From a virus (Duplodnaviria > Caudoviricetes): a stretch of 64,000 bases of DNA. The notes under the pieces are model-generated. The model did not search any database. It saw only the letters and a list, made by a program, of their open reading frames with translations, and was not told the DNA's origin. Position numbers and translations under genes: made by a program. Positions 18,200 to 26,781 of the stretch are shown here, in pieces; position 1 is the first letter of the stretch; each line of letters opens with the position of its first letter. The stretch is from the IMG/VR virus record IMGVR_UViG_2595698293_000001, positions 224,001 to 288,000 of that record; one strand, given 5' to 3'.

Positions 18200-18264
18200 T
18201 TTCAGTACTGCTATAGTACTTTCACAGGGGAGATAATCTCCCCAATCACAAAGGAGATTTTACC

Positions 18265-18627
18265 ATGAGTACTAAACCATTTGTAACCACTCGTTCTAAT
18301 CTGACTGAGATCTATGTACATGGTGGATATGAGGAAACGTATGTCACTGGTATTATGGTAGAATTCAATCAGGGTTATCGGTTTATGTTGGTAGATTCAG
18401 AAATCTATCATACACAACAAGATAAACATGGTTATGTCAATAAGTACTCCACCGATGAAGTACTGAAACGCCTGGATAACAAAATTAAACAAATTCAAAA
18501 ACATCTTGACAACGGCGGAAAACTTAATCATTTACTTTGGGATAGCTTAGATCCCTGCTACGGTTCCGATGCATATGGTAAAAGCCGTGACACTGCAATG
18601 AAAGTACTTAAAGATTATTTCTTTTAA
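18265..18627 (+). CDS. hypothetical early protein
   Basis: promoter, leader hairpin, AAGGAG. Confidence 0.8.
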   Translation: MSTKPFVTTRSNLTEIYVHGGYEETYVTGIMVEFNQGYRFMLVDSEIYHTQQDKHGYVNKYSTDEVLKRLDNKIKQIQKHLDNGGKLNHLLWDSLDPCYGSDAYGKSRDTAMKVLKDYFF

Positions 18628-18707
18628 GTATTGACAAGTAATTCCAGTACTGGCATAATGTATTTCAAGGAGGTAATAACACCTCCTACCTTCAAGGAGT
18701 AGTGACT

Positions 18708-18944
18708 ATGAATACTAAAGAAATGCTTTGTGAGTTCGCCAGTAACAATCTTGGCAACGCCGCGTTCATTGATGGTTTTAATTATGTAGCAACTCGTGAT
18801 CAAGAAGGTAAAGTATTCGTTAAAGATCGTATGGGCTTTTCTATCCAGGTTCAATCCGGTACTGCAAGCCATATCGACGGCATGAATGTATGGGCTGCTA
18901 CTATCCCCGGTGATGGAACATATCATTTCCGTATCGTAAAATAA
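18708..18944 (+). CDS. hypothetical early protein
   Basis: promoter, leader hairpin, AAGGAG. Confidence 0.8.
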   Translation: MNTKEMLCEFASNNLGNAAFIDGFNYVATRDQEGKVFVKDRMGFSIQVQSGTASHIDGMNVWAATIPGDGTYHFRIVK

Positions 18945-19033
18945 TTTAAAAAGTACTGGACAATACAATCCAGTACTGTATAATGTTTTGCATAGGGAGA
19001 GATAATCTCTCCCACTAAAGGAGAATACCGAAA

Positions 19034-19315
19034 ATGATTACTGGTCACATTACTAACTATGCAAAACGCCGCGATGTAGAAATAGAAGTACTGAAAGCAG
19101 GCGAAGTTGACGATGACGCTCAGGTATGGTTCTACACCGCAGACAATGATTGTGAACCAGTACTGATGTACCTGATTAATAATGATGGTTCTCTTACTTA
19201 TCGTAGCAAACTGATGAAGTCCCTGGAAGATATGCCAGCACATATCAATAATAAAGAAGTACTGAAACGCGTAATCTGCTACATCTCAGACCAGCACAAA
19301 GCGGATATGATGTAA
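19034..19315 (+). CDS. hypothetical early protein
   Basis: promoter, leader hairpin, AAGGAG. Confidence 0.8.
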   Translation: MITGHITNYAKRRDVEIEVLKAGEVDDDAQVWFYTADNDCEPVLMYLINNDGSLTYRSKLMKSLEDMPAHINNKEVLKRVICYISDQHKADMM

Positions 19316-19329
19316 TCTTTACAAATATG

Positions 19330-19354
19330 GGGGTTGACTAATGTCAGCCCTTTT
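19330..19354 (+). terminator. terminator overlapping an RNA-unit promoter
   Basis: GGGTTGAC-taat-GTCAGCCC-TTTT. Confidence 0.7.
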
Positions 19355-19368
19355 GGTATTATATATTC

Positions 19369-19416
19369 AATCCAGCGAAATGGTCTAACCCTCAAGGGTG
19401 CCGAGATGTATCTATA
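19369..19416 (+). ncRNA. short two-hairpin RNA unit
   Basis: TTGACT-17-TATTAT; CCA-gcgaaa-TGG, CCC-tcaa-GGGTGC-N6-GTATCTATA. Confidence 0.6.
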
Positions 19417-19513
19417 GTTTAATGATTTTGAAGTACTGAAAAATAATTATAAAAAGTACTTGCTAGACGTGAATTCTTTTAAGAATTCACTTGTATTTGT
19501 GATTCAGTACTGC
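19395..19513 (+). repeat. ~120-bp duplication of 9508-9625
   Basis: near-identical block including palindrome GTGAATTCTT-tt-AAGAATTCAC. Confidence 0.85.
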
Positions 19514-19597
19514 CATAATATATCCATACAAGGGAAACATAGTGTTTCCCGATAATCCACAGCAATAGTGCTGGTGGATGAACCAGGAGTAATAACC

Positions 19598-19894
19598 ATG
19601 CAAGACAAATCAATTCATGTTCAAGTAGTTTCAAGCCGTGGCTATGACGATGTAGTACTGGATATCATGGTTAAAGATCTGCGGGACTATGCAATCATTG
19701 CACGTCATATCATGGTTAACTCCATTTGTATCAGTACTGGTGCTGATATGGAAGAAAACCGCTTACATATAGAAGAACATCTATACAAAGCACGCATGAA
19801 TGACAGCAGTGTATTCATCATTGAAGGTGCCGAGGGTAAAGAGTATACTGTATACCTTCGCCAGTACCAGGAAGTAGAAAAAGAAGAAGATTAA
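19598..19894 (+). CDS. hypothetical early protein
   Basis: AGGAG RBS, start corrected. Confidence 0.75.
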   Translation: MQDKSIHVQVVSSRGYDDVVLDIMVKDLRDYAIIARHIMVNSICISTGADMEENRLHIEEHLYKARMNDSSVFIIEGAEGKEYTVYLRQYQEVEKEED

Positions 19895-19985
19895 TTTATA
19901 AAAAGTACTTGCTTTAATAGTTCAGTACTGTATACTGTTTATCAAGGGGAAGCAATAGTGCCTCCCCACTCATAGGAGATACACC

Positions 19986-20384
19986 ATGTTTACTATCACT
20001 TCTCGACAGGATGTTCTGTACGTTGCTAAAACTTTTGGTCTGGAAGCACTCGATCATATCATTCGCAACAGTACAATGAATGCTGATGCAAATGGGATTA
20101 TCATTGATACTCGGGCATGGGCCGCCAATGAAGTCATTGCCATCGAGCATGTTAACGATGGTAACAATGTCTATGAAGTGGATGCATGTTTCAATGCTGT
20201 TAATGTAGCAGGTATGTATATCACTGGTATTGATGATATCACTATCATCCGCTCCGGTATGGGTAACTTCTCCATGCCTTTACGTTCAGCAATGGAAAGA
20301 AAAGAGATCAGTACAGAACAATGTGCAAATATAATCAATGAGATTACCGCACGTAATGAAGCTGCTGCTATCCTTTACCCGTAG
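19986..20384 (+). CDS. hypothetical early protein
   Basis: promoter, leader hairpin, AGGAG. Confidence 0.8.
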   Translation: MFTITSRQDVLYVAKTFGLEALDHIIRNSTMNADANGIIIDTRAWAANEVIAIEHVNDGNNVYEVDACFNAVNVAGMYITGIDDITIIRSGMGNFSMPLRSAMERKEISTEQCANIINEITARNEAAAILYP

Positions 20385-20403
20385 TAGTTCAGTACAGTAC
20401 TGT

Positions 20404-20434
20404 AAGCCCATAGGATAAACCCTGTGGGCTTTTT
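20404..20434 (+). terminator. terminator closing the early module
   Basis: AAGCCCATAGG...CCTGTGGGCTT-TTT. Confidence 0.8.
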
Positions 20435-20685
20435 CTTTATGGGTAATATGATTGGGTAGGTTATGGTGTAAGTACTGTCAGAATTGATTACAGGAGGATA
20501 GCGTAAAAATTGATTAATTGATTTCAGTACTGAACTGTTATTGAGAAAAAATATTAGTCAAAAAATAATTGACTTAGAAAATATTTAAACCAATACCTTA
20601 TACTGTATGAAATAGTTTCGGACTGTGATTATATATTTGACTAAGTAAAGTGGTATTAGGCTTAGCACTTTTATATAGTATTACA

Positions 20686-20788
20686 GTACTGAACAATTTA
20701 TATCATTCTGTGCACTATTCTGTACTGGAACAATTTATATCATTCTGTGCACTATTCTGTACTGAACAATTTATACTATTCTGTACTA
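20686..20788. repeat. tandem repeat, 36-37 bp x ~2.7
   Basis: unit GTACTG(G)AACAATTTATATCATTCTGTGCACTATTCT. Confidence 0.85.
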
Positions 20789-20892
20789 CACTAATTGAAA
20801 TTAATGGTTATAAAACCCTTGCCTCTTCAATAAAAGTGTGCTATGATGTAATTAATATGTGTGTTTCTATTATGTGAAATTATAGGTACAAA

Positions 20893-21039
20893 ATGAAAAC
20901 CAGACCGTATCACACTGAAATAAAAGAAGCTTTTTATAATGGTAATCCATTAAGAAGTATTGAATTAGTTTTGCTTCGTAATTTAGGTACACCATCGCAA
21001 GAAGAGTGTGTTCAAGAATATATAAATCGTTTGATATAA
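20893..21039 (+). CDS. family C small protein (not in track)
   Basis: IELVLLRNLGTPSQE motif. Confidence 0.65.
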   Translation: MKTRPYHTEIKEAFYNGNPLRSIELVLLRNLGTPSQEECVQEYINRLI

Positions 21040-21168
21040 TGTAAAGTACAAAGCAAAAGGCATTTTTATCATTACTTAAATCGTAATACATAAAGAATTA
21101 GATGATATTTAATGCTGTACTAATATCTTGACTCTTTTTTTCTACAATTGTATATAACAGGAATAGTA

Positions 21169-21534
21169 ATGCAACCTAAATTAATAAATTTTAAAAAATT
21201 TGATTCAAGAGTTAGTAAATCATGTCAAGAGTATACAAAAAGATATTCAATTCAACCCAATACTGTTAGGGTAAAAGAAATCTATCTACTTCATGCACTG
21301 GATACTAATGTACAATACGGGTACTCATTGCAGTACATTGATGCATTAATGCAAGAAATAAAAAGAAAGTGTATATGCGTGTACATTACTGGTGTTAATT
21401 ACGAGAAGTTCAGATTTGCAGTAAAAGACTGGAACGATCCTGCTGTGGTACTGAAAGAATGTGAAACGATGGAAGAAGCCATGGCGTTTATCAAGACCAA
21501 CAATTATCTTTGTGTAGAAAATTTATCAATTTGA
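21169..21534 (+). CDS. family C protein with extra C-terminal domain
   Basis: EIYLLHALDTNVQ; C-terminus similar to 24813 ORF. Confidence 0.7.
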   Translation: MQPKLINFKKFDSRVSKSCQEYTKRYSIQPNTVRVKEIYLLHALDTNVQYGYSLQYIDALMQEIKRKCICVYITGVNYEKFRFAVKDWNDPAVVLKECETMEEAMAFIKTNNYLCVENLSI

Positions 21535-21632
21535 CTAACCTTTGTTTGCATTAAAAGTAGACAAAGGTTTTTCTTTTTGCTATGATATCAGTACTACATA
21601 ATTGTATCAACTCATTGGTGAGGAATCAAAAA

Positions 21633-22031
21633 ATGGCAAAGAAAAAGAAAAAGATTGACAGAACATTACGGCATCCTAAGTACAGAGTTCAATATCATGA
21701 TAGTGAACAGATAGAAGTAGATTTGGGCGGTGGAAGTAGGTTAAAATATGCTAACAATGCATATGTGAATAATAAATTTGTATTAACATTGTATAAAAAT
21801 TTCAAGTATCATTCAAGTAATGATCTTCTTGATTATACATTTATTAGTACTGAAGAAGAATTATTTCAGCATTCTTTGTTGTGTGCAGTTGATATTGATT
21901 TTTCGGTACTGGTACAGTTACAGAAAGCTTTAAAGCATCAAATGTATCAATATATTTTTCCAAATAAACTGGAAATGATTAATATGAAGAATAGATATGT
22001 TTTGGATATTACTGGTACTGAAATTGTTTAA
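21633..22031 (+). CDS. family A (FQ motif) protein
   Basis: TEEELFQHSLL. Confidence 0.75.
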   Translation: MAKKKKKIDRTLRHPKYRVQYHDSEQIEVDLGGGSRLKYANNAYVNNKFVLTLYKNFKYHSSNDLLDYTFISTEEELFQHSLLCAVDIDFSVLVQLQKALKHQMYQYIFPNKLEMINMKNRYVLDITGTEIV

Positions 22032-22055
22032 TAACAATATAACTAATGAGCCAAA

Positions 22056-22583
22056 ATGAAAATTAATATCAAAGATGATAGTGAATTAAGTACATTAGTA
22101 CAAGATATATGTACTGTATACAATAAGATGAAATCTGTAACTAAAGATAAAGGAAGGATAGATGTATTACGCGGTGAATACAGATTTAATCATATATTGA
22201 GTAAAAATTCATCTGTACTGCAAACTTGCATTAGTAATGTTCAATACAATATCATTGAATACGGTTCTTTCTTTTCTGATTACTGCTATGATAATATGAT
22301 AAAGATTGATAGTACTGGTAATATTTTGGATGTTTATTTAGCACCGAGGGGTGCAGTATTAGAAATTATTAAAATTGGTGATATTAATAACACATTGGAA
22401 CACATTGAATTGCCTCCAAGGTCTACTGAGATGACAGAGGAATATGTATTTCAATTAAGTACAGTACATGAATATTTTTCTGCTATTATAATGATCACAG
22501 AGTTAAAGAAAAGAATTAATCGCAAGATGCGTGTTCATGTACCTGATTTCAGTACTGAATTGATCAAGTACATTGAGATATAA
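22056..22583 (+). CDS. family A protein
   Basis: TEEYVFQLSTV; paralog of 34116 ORF. Confidence 0.8.
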   Translation: MKINIKDDSELSTLVQDICTVYNKMKSVTKDKGRIDVLRGEYRFNHILSKNSSVLQTCISNVQYNIIEYGSFFSDYCYDNMIKIDSTGNILDVYLAPRGAVLEIIKIGDINNTLEHIELPPRSTEMTEEYVFQLSTVHEYFSAIIMITELKKRINRKMRVHVPDFSTELIKYIEI

Positions 22584-22662
22584 AATGTCTTGACATTGGC
22601 TTTTCTTTTTGCTATTATAATTATAAACCCTTATTATACTTTACAAAGAGTAAGAAAATAAA

Positions 22663-23307
22663 ATGACTACAAGTGAATTATCTGAACTGTTTGGGATTTT
22701 ATCAGTACTGATGCCTAAGATTGAAAGTAATCCACATCATTTATTGAGTCCAAAAGCACAATCTATTTTTAGTATTGAAAAGCGAGTGGATCTGGAATAC
22801 CATGAATACCATGCTTATTTCAAAGCTATTGAAAATGGTGAGATCATACCAAAAGTATATCATGTTAGTATTAATGAATTGAGTTCTTACACTCGCTGCG
22901 AAGTTACTCGTCGTGGAAATTATTATAATACTACTTATACTTGTGAACGAGTATTAACAGTGAAAGAAAATTCACATGATTTTAATGTAATTAATCTTAC
23001 TGATGATGGTAAAGTGAAAGAAGTTATGTATCATCCTACATCAGAAGAAATTATGATCAACAAAGGTGGTGTTTGGGGAAGTCGACATAAAATTAAAATT
23101 CCTAATTACAAAGACTATGATGATGTTGATGCTTACATGTTTCAGTTAAGTACTGTAAAGGATTTTAGTACTGAAGAAGAAAATATTATGAAGTTCTTTA
23201 TGTTCTTACAGAAGTTTAAAAGTTCACGAAAGCGTTTGCCTAAATTTAGTACAAACATTGAACTGATTTCATTATCTAAACTGCTAGAGTTATATGACCA
23301 AAATTGA
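22663..23307 (+). CDS. family A protein
   Basis: DAYMFQLSTV; own promoter at 22590. Confidence 0.8.
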   Translation: MTTSELSELFGILSVLMPKIESNPHHLLSPKAQSIFSIEKRVDLEYHEYHAYFKAIENGEIIPKVYHVSINELSSYTRCEVTRRGNYYNTTYTCERVLTVKENSHDFNVINLTDDGKVKEVMYHPTSEEIMINKGGVWGSRHKIKIPNYKDYDDVDAYMFQLSTVKDFSTEEENIMKFFMFLQKFKSSRKRLPKFSTNIELISLSKLLELYDQN

Positions 23308-23587
23308 ATACTATTCAGTACTGAATATTCAAGACTTATGTTATGATATGTATAATAATGCGAGTGTTTACAGAAAAGCAATGCGTTCAGTACTGAATAC
23401 CTTAGTCGAAGAATTCAATTCAAAATATAAAGGAACGCAGGTACTGATAAAAATTGATAATGGTGTTTATAAAACTGTAATTAAATATTATACTATATCA
23501 TATATCAATTGTGCATTCAAAACTGATATTGGATGGAGAAGATATTTTGATGAAACTACTATGATAGTCGGGAATAAAAATGACTAA
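23294..23587 (+). CDS. family B protein
   Basis: MTKIEYYSVLNIQ...EFNSKYKG. Confidence 0.8.
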   Translation: MTKIEYYSVLNIQDLCYDMYNNASVYRKAMRSVLNTLVEEFNSKYKGTQVLIKIDNGVYKTVIKYYTISYINCAFKTDIGWRRYFDETTMIVGNKND

Positions 23588-23864
23588 AGATGAATATTTT
23601 TCAGTACTGAATATACAGGAAGTATGTAATGAATTATACTTCACTCCTTATACAGAAGTATTGCGTTCTGTACTACAATCACTACAGAAGGAATTCAATG
23701 CAAAGTACAGAGGAACTCCAGTACGAACAAAAAACAATGAATTTGTCTATGAGACGGTAATTGATCATTATATTATATCGTTCATTGATTGTGTGTTCAA
23801 AACTGATATTGATATTGGATGGAACAGATATTTTGATGAAACCGTTATGATCATTGGGAAATAA
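23580..23864 (+). CDS. family B protein
   Basis: MTKDEYFSVLNIQ...EFNAKYRG. Confidence 0.8.
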   Translation: MTKDEYFSVLNIQEVCNELYFTPYTEVLRSVLQSLQKEFNAKYRGTPVRTKNNEFVYETVIDHYIISFIDCVFKTDIDIGWNRYFDETVMIIGK

Positions 23865-23869
23865 AAAAA

Positions 23870-24151
23870 ATGACTAAAGATGAATATAAATCTGTTTCTA
23901 TTATTCAAAAAATATGTGTTTCTATTTACAGAAATACAGAATACGGTACTGCTATGCGTTCAGTACTGAATATGTTATCAAAAGATTTTACTCATAAGTA
24001 TCATGGCCGAAAGATAAAAATTATTAATATTAATGGAGAATATTACACAAAAATTAAAAAGTACAAGATTACATTAGGTGAATGTGTATTTCGTACTAAA
24101 TCAGGAGTTAACGGTTTATTTTTTGGAAATTATACGATGCTATGTGATTAA
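23870..24151 (+). CDS. family B protein
   Basis: MTKDEYKSV...DFTHKYHG. Confidence 0.8.
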   Translation: MTKDEYKSVSIIQKICVSIYRNTEYGTAMRSVLNMLSKDFTHKYHGRKIKIININGEYYTKIKKYKITLGECVFRTKSGVNGLFFGNYTMLCD

Positions 24152-24221
24152 AAATGGTTTTTTACTTACCATGTTAGTACATAGATAAAACAACCATGAT
24201 ATTTAATATAAAGGAAACGTT

Positions 24222-24476
24222 ATGAAACAATTTTTTAAAACCATCTGGAATTCACTGTTCAGTAAAAATACCAGTAATGTCGTTGATACTGTTGATAGTA
24301 CTGTTAGTACCAATACACAAAGTACATACATTCCGGTATACAGTGATGAAAATCCATTCTATACAGAAGAAGAGAAGAAACAATGGATTGAAGATGAAGT
24401 ACGTTTACGCAAAGAAGAAGCAGAGCGTATGAAACTTGAAAAAAGTAATAAGAAATGTAACCAATGCAACAAATAA
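24222..24476 (+). CDS. hypothetical protein
   Basis: AAGGA RBS. Confidence 0.7.
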   Translation: MKQFFKTIWNSLFSKNTSNVVDTVDSTVSTNTQSTYIPVYSDENPFYTEEEKKQWIEDEVRLRKEEAERMKLEKSNKKCNQCNK

Positions 24477-24633
24477 ATTCTGACTATTATTACAGTACTG
24501 TACAGTACAATATGTATTTAAGTTCTTTTATGAATTTAAAAACGAGTTCAATAGACAAAGACGTGTATGAAAGTATATTGGGTTGTTTGAATCATAGTAT
24601 TCATAAATTATATAAATTAAAAGGTACGTTGGG

Positions 24634-24816
24634 ATGATTGATAATTACCAACAAATAAAAACACTATCTGAGTATTATAAAATTGATACTAATTATATAG
24701 TACGGATGCCTGTAGAGTTAGATGAATCTTTACATAAGTGGAGATATTTTTCAGTATTAAATAATTTGAATTTTGTCATTAATAGTTTATATGAATTACA
24801 AGGTAAATTACCATGA
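24634..24816 (+). CDS. small protein (QGKLP C-terminus shared with 25563 ORF)
   Basis: ORF; shared motif. Confidence 0.6.
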   Translation: MIDNYQQIKTLSEYYKIDTNYIVRMPVELDESLHKWRYFSVLNNLNFVINSLYELQGKLP

Positions 24817-25160
24817 AATATAAACGATGTGATGATGGATATCTGGCTGCCAGGTATTACAGTAAATTTGTATCTACAACTAATAAAGATGATCTGCTAT
24901 TACTTATGTTAGTAGGTACAATTAAACAAGAAATGGCGGCTGAAAGATATATCAACACGTTAATACATAAAATGGTACTTAAACACAGGCTGGTTAAAAT
25001 TAGAACTATTGGTGGTTATGAACCTTATAAGTTTGGTGTATTTTATCTTGACAATACTAATTTAGTTGCTTCTGATTCTATTATAATTTGTGAGTCCATT
25101 GAAAAAGCGGTTCAGTACTGTAAAAATAATAATTATAGATTGATTGGTACAGAGGTATGA
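24813..25160 (+). CDS. family C protein with extra C-terminal domain
   Basis: LLMLVGTIKQE. Confidence 0.7.
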   Translation: MKYKRCDDGYLAARYYSKFVSTTNKDDLLLLMLVGTIKQEMAAERYINTLIHKMVLKHRLVKIRTIGGYEPYKFGVFYLDNTNLVASDSIIICESIEKAVQYCKNNNYRLIGTEV

Positions 25161-25163
25161 ATT

Positions 25164-25415
25164 ATGATGAGTTTAAAATTTTATGACCATTTACCAAAAA
25201 GTATTAAATTCAGTAATATACAATATTATACATTAGAAGATTGGGAAATGCATTATCGAAAGATACTCGGTTTTTCTTTGGGATTTGAAGAAACTGAGTA
25301 CCAGGAAATACATTATAATTATTATATTGAAATATTAAAATGTATGATACATAAAGATTATGAAATTTTAATTTCCAGATATATAGTGACGAGTAAAAAT
25401 GGATCAAGAAACTAA
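25164..25415 (+). CDS. hypothetical protein (family C-like)
   Basis: GAGG RBS. Confidence 0.65.
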   Translation: MMSLKFYDHLPKSIKFSNIQYYTLEDWEMHYRKILGFSLGFEETEYQEIHYNYYIEILKCMIHKDYEILISRYIVTSKNGSRN

Positions 25416-25566
25416 GAAGAAGTTAACAGAACTTATTGAAGCATCTATTAATGCTGAGGGTGCTTTCTTTGAGCACTACGATAAGTACGATAAAAAAGGA
25501 CGAGTATTGTGGGAGAAGCGTAATAGTACCAGGAAGGAGTTGGATGAATTTATTTCTAAATTGTGA
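25399..25566 (+). CDS. small protein (55 aa, not in track)
   Basis: MDQETKKKLTELIE...; fills the gap with overlaps on both sides. Confidence 0.6.
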   Translation: MDQETKKKLTELIEASINAEGAFFEHYDKYDKKGRVLWEKRNSTRKELDEFISKL

Positions 25567-25781
25567 GGAAATTAGTGAATAGTCCAAATGGTCGTGCATC
25601 TATATCACAACTATATTTGTATAATCTTAAATTATCTTATATTATAAAATCAATAAAAACTAAAAATAACTTCATTGGTTTGCCTAATTATGTAAGAGAA
25701 ATGGAGATAGATTCATTTGTTAAGGATATGATAGAAATATATAAAATTCAAGGTAAGTTACCACCGTTTGATGAGTTGTAA
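25563..25781 (+). CDS. small protein (QGKLP motif)
   Basis: GTGA overlap. Confidence 0.6.
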   Translation: MRKLVNSPNGRASISQLYLYNLKLSYIIKSIKTKNNFIGLPNYVREMEIDSFVKDMIEIYKIQGKLPPFDEL

Positions 25782-25882
25782 TACTATCCACTTCATACCC
25801 ACCGTGTGTCTTTTTAAACACTTGACTTCCAGTCAAATCTGTGTTATTGTTATTATTGTAATAATCAAAATGGTACAATATA

Positions 25883-26167
25883 ATGACCAAAAGTGAATAC
25901 TATTCTGTACTGAATATTCAGGAAGCGTGTAAAGGTTTATACTTTACTCCTTATATTGAAGTGATGCGTTCTGTATTTAAATTACTACAGAAGGAATTTT
26001 CTACAAAGTACAAAGGAACACTAATTTCTGTAAAAAACGATAATGAAGTTTTTGATGTTTTAATTAATAGTTATAGTATAACATTTATTCTTTGTTATTT
26101 TGAAACATCGGGTTCTATAGCAGTGACAAGAAAATATTTTGATTCTGATACAAAGATTAGGAAATAA
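25883..26167 (+). CDS. family B protein
   Basis: MTKSEYYSVLNIQ. Confidence 0.8.
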   Translation: MTKSEYYSVLNIQEACKGLYFTPYIEVMRSVFKLLQKEFSTKYKGTLISVKNDNEVFDVLINSYSITFILCYFETSGSIAVTRKYFDSDTKIRK

Positions 26168-26227
26168 AAATAGTGTAATCTTTTATACATCCAACAATCT
26201 TTAAAAATAACGGGTAATTACTGTATC

Positions 26228-26503
26228 ATGACTGAACAAGAATACAAATGCACAACGCATGTAATCGGAGTATTAGGTGATATTGAATCAAAGTATCGCA
26301 GTACAATGCTTACTATCTTATCAATGCTACAAACTGATTTTAATAAAAAGTACGCACAAAGAAAAGTACAAATAACTGTAGGTTCAGGTGTTAAAACCAA
26401 AACAATCAAGGGGTATTGTATTGGATTTAGATATGTGTATTTTACTATTACCAAAGGATATAAAAGAGAGTATTTTAATGAATTCACTACTTTGTGTTCA
26501 TAA
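26228..26503 (+). CDS. family B protein
   Basis: MTEQEY...DFNKKY. Confidence 0.75.
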   Translation: MTEQEYKCTTHVIGVLGDIESKYRSTMLTILSMLQTDFNKKYAQRKVQITVGSGVKTKTIKGYCIGFRYVYFTITKGYKREYFNEFTTLCS

Positions 26504-26512
26504 AGAGGGATT

Positions 26513-26779
26513 ATGAAAAGAGATAAACATTATAAACAAATTGAATTCATTTATAAACTCGCACGATATAGTGATGCTTACACTTATATTTCTTATAAAT
26601 CATATCTCAAAGAAGTTGTTGTTTTGTATCTTAAAAAGTACAAATCAAAAAAGGTTGATTCTGGTACTTACATCATAGACGATATTAAATTTTTATACGG
26701 TGAACTTCGTGTATACCAGAGAAGAGTAAGTGATGGTATGCTTTTGTGGGATTCTATCTGGAATACAAAAATAGATTAA
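26513..26779 (+). CDS. hypothetical protein (family B-like)
   Basis: GAGGG RBS. Confidence 0.7.
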   Translation: MKRDKHYKQIEFIYKLARYSDAYTYISYKSYLKEVVVLYLKKYKSKKVDSGTYIIDDIKFLYGELRVYQRRVSDGMLLWDSIWNTKID

Positions 26780-26781
26780 TT

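Noticed and set aside
2893-19416. Short RNA units as CRISPR repeats/Racr or ToxI mimics
   Set aside because: No recognisable similarity by eye to type I-E/I-F repeats or ToxI; kept as an unclassified family.
20600-20620. LexA box
   Set aside because: TACTGTATG half site only; no CAG at the required CTG-N10-CAG spacing.
20686-20788. Possible CRISPR array
   Set aside because: The units are directly adjacent with no unique spacers, and no cas genes are present.
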